A program made the translations under genes and the position numbers. Shown piece by piece: positions 47,301 through 56,600 of a stretch of DNA of 64,000 bases (its first letter is position 1; each line of letters opens with the position of its first letter). The stretch covers positions 1-64,000 of IMG/VR virus record IMGVR_UViG_3300010413_000004. One strand, written 5' to 3'. The notes below the pieces were generated by a model, which saw only the letters and a program-made list of their open reading frames with translations, searched no databases and was not told the DNA's origin. The stretch comes from a virus.

Positions 47301-47595
47301 TTTGACGGATAATGAGGTCAAAGTTCGAATAGTTTCTGTTATTCGTTCATTCTTTGATATTGATTCTTGGGAATTTGGCGAGACGTTCTATTTTACAGAG
47401 ATGGCAGCTTCAATCCACGCAAATCTTGGTCCAGAAATTGATTCAATAGTTATTGTACCTACCAACTCACAGAATCATTTTGGAGCTCTGTTTGAAGTTG
47501 AGGCCCGCGAAGATGAAGTCTTTATGCCTGACATCAATACATCTGATATTCAAATAGTACAATCGTATACATCTGAAGGAATTCGCCAAACCTAA
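44305..47595 (+). CDS. gp6: Baseplate wedge subunit gp6-like
   Basis: FDYDTIK..L..Y......FNDY.ESS, A.R.ES.LRL, L.FGDG.F...P, E.IE.IR..AP..Y.TQ.RMV...DY. Confidence 0.88.
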   Translation: MARQISRAEAWERAHEVFTRINFNSFDYDTIKESLIDYTKLYFAEDFNDYIESSEFIAILELFAYVGELLAYRLDLNAHENLITAAQRKESILRLVTFISYKATRNIPARGLVKITSIHTSESITDSQGKILTNKQILWNDSNNPNWKEQFLLVMNRVLEQDFGTVTPNERVQVDDVLFELYSLNNSPLTTGGPSVVKYNATVNGTSYPMELTPVSLTSDGPEEKRPERNAKLSLLYGSDGLGDGSDTTGFFLFTKQGTLRVQEAAFDGITPNQTYNIAIDNINETDVWLNNVDPDTRAIIEQDIRQQLLPHLSYGETRFGEWVEVDVANAQNIIFNTNKNRHKYEVETLDNDNINLIFGDGEFSDIPAGSFDVWYRTSANEELVIPKVSVADQSASFSYIDATGSTQTLTFTFSLINSLQNASPSEDIEHIRRVAPSVYYTQDRMVNGRDYNTFMLQDPSILKMRTINRTFAGDSKYIAWHDPKEYYEDVKIFGDDLALYWAENDPTSGNTVTISTAATAEEVLNNYIEPLLCSTDFFAVIGPKLEQLQINPSDMRCTFNTENVPYSFDPTSNETSAITAALNTAMVATPSFDLYYSAIYDEWTVSWSSSGHPCDNESSLPPYGSPVISGCTKGPAESTWMARITAQFSGGSSTISGWLVQWRTRRLIVHSETTNFWNTNDTSRVINYDTLDSIADTVVVLKANTTAAGTGILAANHNFSVLGQELIEQNLASAGLPDTHKLSVLPEDVNQDGIADNLSQPSLMQTTYDNSPGSFTIDGTGYILTLPDSRTIVQALDSDMNKELEVYIDGVRYKFGDGLSVPTTDIIATQVQCTTSFSTATNIVLIFNEQTYQMFDTDHWIPIDPTDGNRTLWAVDAADGIQGTYRRFAGRYPLNFAWMHTTPNLHLVDPAASNIHDMFIITRGYYTSLRRYLENKSDIEPTPPTPRELRSSYSTLLENKMFSDTVVLHPGKFKTIFGPRSVPELRATFKVIRPQTSNLTDNEVKVRIVSVIRSFFDIDSWEFGETFYFTEMAASIHANLGPEIDSIVIVPTNSQNHFGALFEVEAREDEVFMPDINTSDIQIVQSYTSEGIRQT

Positions 47596-47658
47596 AGCCT
47601 GTGTTTTTCCGCATGGTACCCTTTAATAAATAAAGTGGTAACGTCGGAGAAATAAACA

Positions 47659-50600
47659 GTGTCAAGTAGAAACGATAATTCAGATTACACCAAAAAAAGT
47701 ACGAACTTATTTGATCTTTTGCCGGAAGTGTACCATTCGGACACTTCTAAGGCTATCTTTTCGAATTTATTCAACAGATTCTTAACAAAACAAGAAGTTC
47801 AAAAAGTCGCTGGTTATATTGGTGAAGGAAATCCAAATGCCTTGATCAAGCGTCAGATCGTTGAACCGACGTTACAACGTCAGACAAATCAACTTCAGCC
47901 AATCATGCACACGAAGATTGGTTCTATCGACCACATGGCATCATGGGAAGATATTCAACGTGAATTGTCAAGATTGGGTGTCAATATTGATGATATTGAT
48001 AAGTGGGGAGAGCTACTTCAGTTTAACTGGGTACCACCCATCGACATTGACAAATTAATTCATTTTGAAGATTACTATTGGTACGATGAAGCAACACCAA
48101 ATTCCAGACCTCAATATATCACTATTCGTAGTCGTTGTACTGTAGCGAAAGCAAATGTCAACTTCTGGCAGAAGTTGGTTGACCAATACGGTAGCACATT
48201 CCCAATTATTGATGTACAACGTACTGATGTTTTGCCATCTACCTCTTACCCAATCGTAGATATTGTGGCTGTTACAGATACTATTACGGTTCAAGGAGAT
48301 GTTACTGGATCGTTTGCATACGGTACGTTTTTCAAAGTATCTGGTACTGTAAGCAATAATACTACATTCCAAGTGTCAGGATCGCCAACGTACGATAGTG
48401 TAAATGATAGCACTCAAATTCCTGTCGCTACAGGGTCCATTGTGGCTGATGAAACGTTGGTTGGAACTGCAACAATAACACTTTATGACAAGATAGTAGT
48501 TGAAGGTAATTATGTATCACTCTTCAGTGAAGGATTTGTTTTCTTCGTAGCTGATTCTGATAACCAAGACTTAGGCGGATCGTTCGTTGAAGTTTCTTCC
48601 TCCTCTTATAGTAGCAGCGCAGATTCAACTACAATTGTAATTACACAAACGTTTACGGACACTACGATCAGTGGGAATGCTTCTCTTGATGAACAGCTGA
48701 GCTTATATTTAGCTGATCGAGATTGTCGTTGCTTAGGATCTGTTGGATGGGACTTGCTTCCATGGGACGACAATCCTTCTTCCCCACTGTGGGGTGGAGA
48801 TGCTCCAGGTGAGCATTATACTTTCCTACAAGCAATATCTCAAGCATCTGCGCCCTCGGGTGCACCAACAAATCAATGGGATTTGTGGTACGATACGACG
48901 ACTGATATACTTTATCAATACAATGATTCATCTGTGTGGGAACAGATATGGAATCGATTCTCACTTATTCTAGAGAAGACAGAAGGTCTAGCACTCTGGG
49001 ATCTTACGACAGGGTGTGGTACTGGAACAAAAATTCCAGCAGCTGAACAATGGACAACTCAAAATCATTGGATACACAAGTCTGATGTTACAAACTTCGC
49101 TGTTGCTAAACAAGCACAATTTCCAATCATTGAATATGATTGGGATTTGGAATTGAATGAGTGGACTTACACCGATTATAGATGGAAATATCGTGCTACA
49201 ACTTTCACTCAATGGAGTGAAGTCGATAATCAACCAAGTATCATGGAACTCACCCCTCTTGACCATTGGGAACTCGATTCTGGTACTGACGAAATTGTTT
49301 TGGATGAACGGTATGGTGATTTAACAGGATTGTTCGTTCCTGGCTTTGTTTTCCAAGCAGGTACAAATGAAGCATTTACAGTTGACCATTCTACTTTTGT
49401 CGCTCCAACAACAGGATTAGCTTATCAAACTCGGATAACGATCACAGTACCAACAAGCACAACAGCGTTATCTAGTGGTAACATTTTGCAAGAGGTAGTA
49501 AGTTCTACGCCACTGCAACCTATAACTACAGCACAAGGTGATGCTTGGTTGGGATATGGACAACACTGGGTGTTCACTGGAGCATTAAATACGCTTCCAA
49601 TAACACACCAACCAATTAATCCTTTTGTTGAGCTTCCTGTTGATGCCCAAATGACATTACCAGTTGCTTCTGTAAATCTAACTGGTGGAGCAGGAGTTAA
49701 CTACTTTGAAGTTGAAGGTAAGGTTGATAAATTGTTTACTAGTGGTACGACCTTCACCATTGAGAATTCTGCAGCAAATAATGCCACTTATACCGTAGTT
49801 GGTACTGGATCTACATATAGTGATCCTTTAGGATCACCAGCAGGTACAGGATACACTACAATTCCTGTTGCCGAAGTTATTCCTTCAAATACAGCTCCTT
49901 TAGGTGATATTCTAGCTTCAGCTGTGTTTGTTGACGTATCAGGCGATTTTGATTATAGTGTTGGATATTATGCACAAACATATACTATCCAATCAACCTC
50001 ACCCGTATACACCCTGAACCTTTCAGATGTTATATTACCGGGTTCTCGTCGCTCTCTTCGCAACCGTGCTCTTATTGGGTATGACGATGTTCGTGTATAC
50101 ATTAACAACATTCGCCAATATGGTTCTTATGATGAACTAACAATCGACGGAACGTACGTATCAGGAATTCAATTCTTGAGTGGATACGAGCCAAACAGAT
50201 TTGATGTAGTTCGTATTGAAGTTGGTGAAGCGTCGATTGATGAATTAGGTTTATACAGCATTCCTGTACGAATGGTTGAGGATGATGCTCAGTATTTGAT
50301 CGATGGTAACGTAACAGTAAGTTTGATCCGCTACAAGAAAGCAGAGCAAGTTAAAACCAGCGTAAATCAATATCCACAATTCGACATTTATCACGTCACG
50401 GGGTTGCCAAAATATGATGCTAATCCAATTTTTGGATATAGAACTAGTCCAGATGCTGCTGTTAACGTAGCTATCGGTCAGCGCACTGTATATGATAGCA
50501 CCACTCGTAATTACGAGTTTGATCAGTTCTTGCTGGAGGAAGATGATGGTACATTATATGCGTACCGTGACTACTCCAACATAATACCAACATATTGGTT

Positions 50601-53600
50601 TAACACGCTAACACAACAACTATTATTCTGGACTGGAACGACATGGTCTTCCAAAAAAGAGATTTCAGGTTACTACCTCCCAGCATATGTGAGTGATATT
50701 GAGCCAAGTAACTTTTACTTGAACGTAGATGGTGCTTATTGGTTCGATACGCTAAATCAAATTCTATGGAAGCGTAATGTAGCTTTGGGCGAATGGGATG
50801 TAATAACGAGTGTCGTGATTGCAGCATCTGACACATCTCTGCAAACAATATGGAAAAAAGGTCTTAATGATGAGACGTATGTTCCAGCAAAGGTTGACTG
50901 GGAAGGACGAACAGAAATTGAATATGATGCAGCTCAAACTGCATATGTCACCACACGTGCTGCCGAAATTGTAACTCAAAGTAATGCTACTACTGCTGAA
51001 GCTAATGCACAAGCATTAGATGAGTGGTATCAGAAACAATCAAATGTTCACTCTCCAACAGGAGTGTGGGTTGGTGATTGGGAACTACCAGACCCAATGT
51101 ATTATAATGTGCTTAATGAAAACAGAAAGTACTTAGATACTAGACAATTGATAACTCACTTCAGCAGCATCATACAAGAACAGCCTACCATACCAGGATA
51201 CGTTGGAACTAAAGAAAGCATGTTCCATTTGATCTCAAACCAAAATATTAACTATGGATTGGGCGGAAAAATCAAACAATACAATAAGAGTTTTGACACT
51301 TTATTGTCTGCTATCTTTGTCGACACTGTTACACCACTGTCTGTTATTGATTTTGCTCACGACTTGTATGATTCTTCGTTGACGCAACTCAAAGAGATTT
51401 ATCGTAAGCATGCTATCAGTCTTCTAACTTCATACGATCAGCAGGCATTGAGTGACTTGTCTCTGTATATTGCAAATGAAGTTATAACACAATATGAGCA
51501 AGATGATAACAACGCATTCGTATTTGGTGATTCTACAACCTTCACAGAAGTAATTGGTGGTACTGATTTAGGAATTCGCAACTGGATTGCAACTTTGCCT
51601 TATCTCAGACTCACTGATGTGCACATGCCTGAATTCTTAGTTGATGAACTGATCGACTTGATTGAAATTGTTCACCATGATGGCCATCGTGCACAATACA
51701 AATTGACAGATGCAACCCTCGAAGGTATTATCCATGAGCTTGTTGGTACAGGCGATCCAAGAACGTCGTTCCCAACTCCATCCGATGCACCATTGGATAC
51801 GTTTGGTCGTACACAAAACTATCTTCCGCCAAACACGATTGATGAATTTGAAACTGAATTCAGCACAGTAATATCTAACCGTGAAGGTGTGTTCTGGTAC
51901 TTCGTTAACCAAACTACTCGAACCCTATATCGCCTGAACTTGGTAAGCATTGGTACTACTGCACCGCTGCTTAGTGATTATGCTGATGGTGCACTGTGGT
52001 TGGATATGACAGCTGGCGCCGAAGTATTACGCATTAAAGTAACGAGTGCTACAACTGGAGTATCCATATGGGAAGTTGTCGATGGTCTAACACCTGGAGA
52101 TAAGAGACTTCACAATGGTACAGATTCAAATGATGTTACCACATCAACCATTTCCGCATGGCAGCCACTTAGTTTAAATGTTATTCTTGGCAAAATTATC
52201 TATGAAGCTGAGCATCGCTTGTATGAAAATGCACCTGATGTTACACCTCTACGTTATGATGTAAGCAACACAGAAACGAAGTATCCTACAACGTACGACC
52301 AGTACATGTACGAAGCATTTTTGGATTATGCTACTCAGCATAGTATTGAGTTCCCATTTGCGAACACATCATACTCTTCGTCTGATCCATTCACGTGGAA
52401 CTACAAATTCTCCACAATTGGACATGGATTCCAGATTGTTGAAGCTGATAGTGCAACAAATTCATTTATCGTAACTGGCGATGCTACATCGTTGTTAGAT
52501 CCTTGTACGTCTGACTCTAGCTGTCCATCTGTAGTAGCGTTTTATATTAAGAACTCTTCTGTCAATAGCGGAACTTGGACCACAATATCATCTACGGCAC
52601 TAGTTCCAGCTACAGTGTATGATGCTGTTAATAACACAACAACTGTCTACGTACAAGAAACAGTGACAAATGATAATGAAGGAATTGTTTACGTTGGTAC
52701 CCTTCCAAGTTCAATAAACGATGGCTCTGAATCTGGTGGCGATTGGAGAGATCTATACGCTAAGTTATATGGTACTCCGTATCCACATCTTGAACCATGG
52801 GCTTTGCAAGGATATATAACGAAGCCTAGTTGGTGGGATGCTCAATACTTGAATGATGATTCTAATAAGTGGGGCGATCGTACGTGGAAATACAAACATG
52901 GATTTGAATTGGTATCGACAAATGCCACAGAAGACTATATTGAGATTTTGGGAGACTTCAGAGAAGTATTCGCACCAACTCTAACAGTCCCTGCAGAGAT
53001 GACAGGAAGTCCAAGTTCCTTCACTTTTACAGCAACGACTACAGATACCATCACTGGTGTTACGATCGGTGGTGTTGGAACGGCTGTATTGAATGTAAGT
53101 GGAAACGTTACTAACAAATATGCAGTGGGCCGTAAACTGTCTGTGGTATCTTCATCGAATACAGTAACGAAGTTGGTAACCGTTAAGAGTAGAAGTTTCT
53201 CGTCCACTCTAAACACAACTTACATTGTTGTTGAAGAAGCAATCGATTCTTCAACTGGAATTGATTTCGTTGGTACAATTTACGATCCTACAACAAATCG
53301 CCTACGTGTAGATGTTACACAAAACCTAACAACGTCAGGTTGGACAGGTCGAGTATTAATCGCATATGGTATGTGGGAAAATATTCGTGTCGGTATTATC
53401 CCAGCAGGAGAAACTTATTCCAATGGTATAACGAGCATCACTGGTAATCCTGCAACCGATAGTGCAACGTATAATCTACCAGTACCAATAATTCCAACTT
53501 ATAATTACTTCAGTGTTAATGTGAGTAATGGCTCAGTGAGTTCTGATGGTGGTACAACAATATATTATTCAGATGATGTTCTTCCTCCTTACTGGGACTA

Positions 53601-56600
53601 TACTGTGCAGTATGGTATTACTCCTCTGGCTATCGATTTAGTTGTTCGTTCTGTATTCCTTGCTTATGCTACCGAAATCGTTTCACCTGGTGCTGCATTT
53701 GTATTCGGTGATGCGGGCACAGTCGAATGGGAATGGAGAAATTCATCTCAGTACCTATACGATTTGCTGACTGTGTCATTCAGACTGGATCCTATTGCCT
53801 TCATGTCTGATACGTTTGGTGCTGAAATAATTACTGTCAATGGACTGGAAGTTGACTTGGATAAAGAAAACGTTCCAAGTCACACAAGAACAACCTTCCA
53901 TGGTGAAATTATTAATGATGCGCCTTATTTGACAGATAGTATTAATCAGTGGTATGTTGATTACAACAGATTCTCTGGATTGGACGTAAGCTCCTCAGAT
54001 TTCCGTAACATGTGGACGCAGTGGACTGCTCCACTAACATATCAGTTTTCTTCTTTCATTGACACACCTTCATTGAGTGTCGGTCATCGTTACATTGATA
54101 TAACCAGTAATGATTACTCGCTAATAGCTAAAAAGTCTCCTGGTACAGAAGATTATTGGTTGGATGCATTCAATATATCATTTGCGAACGTTCCTCCAAA
54201 AGTGGTTCGTTACAATAATCAGTTGGATTGGAGAGTATCCATCAACACGAACTTGGATATTAGTAGAACAATAGAGTATTACGATGTTCGTAATTATCAA
54301 TTCTACGCCGATCCTACCACTGACATATGTACGTTATACACATGGGAAATTGTAGACGCCTCTCTAATTAACAAGACATTTTCCGTCTCAGGTGACCAAA
54401 CACTTGTGTTTGCTGCGGGTCGCACATTTGCAGTAACAAATTCAACAGACAACGATGGTACATATACTGTAAAATCATCATCATATGATGTAGTATCTGA
54501 TGCTACGATCATCGAGGTAGATGAGTCTTTGACGAGTTCATTCGTAACAGGATTTATTACTGCAAACTATAGAACTATTCCATGGTCAACAGGTGACGGA
54601 ATTTATCTATCGTCAACAGAAACTCTACCGATCCCTTTACTTGGTGACACTGTTAACGGTTTGACAAAATACTTCATCATTGTTGAGAGTGATACAACAT
54701 TTAAGTTAGCTAGAACTTACCAAGACGCAATTGACGGTACAGCTATCGATCTTCTAACACCTGGTAAACGAGATCACTATATTGGGCAGGTTATCAATAC
54801 ATTTAATGTAATAGATGGTCAGCAAAATATATTGTGGCGCCACTACGAGCTTGATACACAAAACGTACTTTCGTTTAATACACCCCATGATGTTCAAGGA
54901 TTGCAAACAGTAATCAACATCATTGATGGTTACAGCAAGAAGAGATATGAAGAGGGTTGGAGAATCAACGATGAAAATAGCCAACTCGATCCTGTGTCTG
55001 GCCAAATCGTAACATGGCAGAGTGAAATAGAGCGATTTCTAACGAATGCGTTTAATCAGCGTGATCGTCGGTATGTTGTCACTAATCGTCACGAAGCAAC
55101 AGTTGACGTTTTAACAAACGAGTGGACATTCGTTGATACGTCGGCTCAATATGTAACAGGCGATCGTGTGACAGTATTCTCCTCGAATGGTGCATACCCA
55201 ACCCCTATCGTTCGAGGCGTGTGGTATTACATTATTCGTGATACAGCCGATACGTTTAGATTAGCAGCATCATTGAGCGATGCTAACTCAGGAATTGAAA
55301 TTAACGTTACAGATGCAACAAGTGTTGATAAGTTGTACATTACTTCGGCTTCTGAGAGTACTCCAATTTCATCACATGAGATTAATCCAATCAGACATGC
55401 TATCTGGTTTAAACCTGCTCGTGGCATTGTGTCAAATGTCGTTGAGGGTCCAACCGAAGATGTAAGAGCGACTCAATTAATTTTCGATCAGTATGGTCGT
55501 CGTCTAGGTTCTGATACTTTACGAATCTTCCGTGAAGACACAAGAACTGCAATTAAGATGTTAGACAATATCGCAAATGATGTAAAACCATATAGCACCG
55601 ACCCACGTGATAATATTCATATGGGAGGGGCACATTTGTTTGTTGATTCATACGAGCAAGTGTTGAAGTTCGAAGATTACACAAGCGATGGTACTCTCAT
55701 TTACGATCCATTTATTGGTTTGAATCTAACCAAGTTTGAAATGTTGTTCAACCGCGATCTCAACTTTACGGGACGACCAAATGTTGGTGGTTACTACTTG
55801 GAAACGTTCCACAACCAAGAGCTAGAACTCAAGCGTAACATCGAGGCGGGGGTTGAAGACTTGCGTACAATGTACGATACGTATAGCGTACTAGAATCTT
55901 CTGACTTAGTATCACAAGCTCGAAAAGTATTGGGGTATGAAGGGCCAGCGGATTACCTACGAGACATTAACGTTAATGATAAATCGCAGTTCCTATTCTG
56001 GAAGGGAATGATACAACACAAAGGTTCCATAAATGCTGTTAACGCATTTATAAATTCTCATCGTTTTATTGAAGCTAACGTTGACGAATATTGGGCGTAT
56101 AAAGTTGCATCATTTGGTTCGGCCAAGGAGAAAGAATATCCTGAACTGTATGTCACAGCTAACGATACGTTGGCGAATGACATTCGTCTTCAATTTACTA
56201 GTGATTTGGAGTCTCCTGATAGCACATTTATTGCTATCAGTGCATATGACGATCAACGTTGGTTCAACCAACCAGATCAGCTCCAGACACTATCTGACAA
56301 TAACAACACGCTATACTTTGATATTGTAGCGGACAACATGATTCCCGTCACAGTATCTTCGATTACGGGCTCTCCTGTTACACCAACTTCACCAGTAGAC
56401 AATCAGGGATTGGTGCTGGATGGCAACTTGTATGGAAGTCCACAAGCTGATGGAAACCATTATTTCTATCGTTGGAATAGTGTGTCGTCTGTGTGGGATC
56501 AGCACGGTTCGTGGGTAGCAGGTAACAATCCAGTTATCCGACATGACTTTGATGCAGATACTGTTTCATTGACGGTTCGTCGTTATGCAGAAGGTACGAA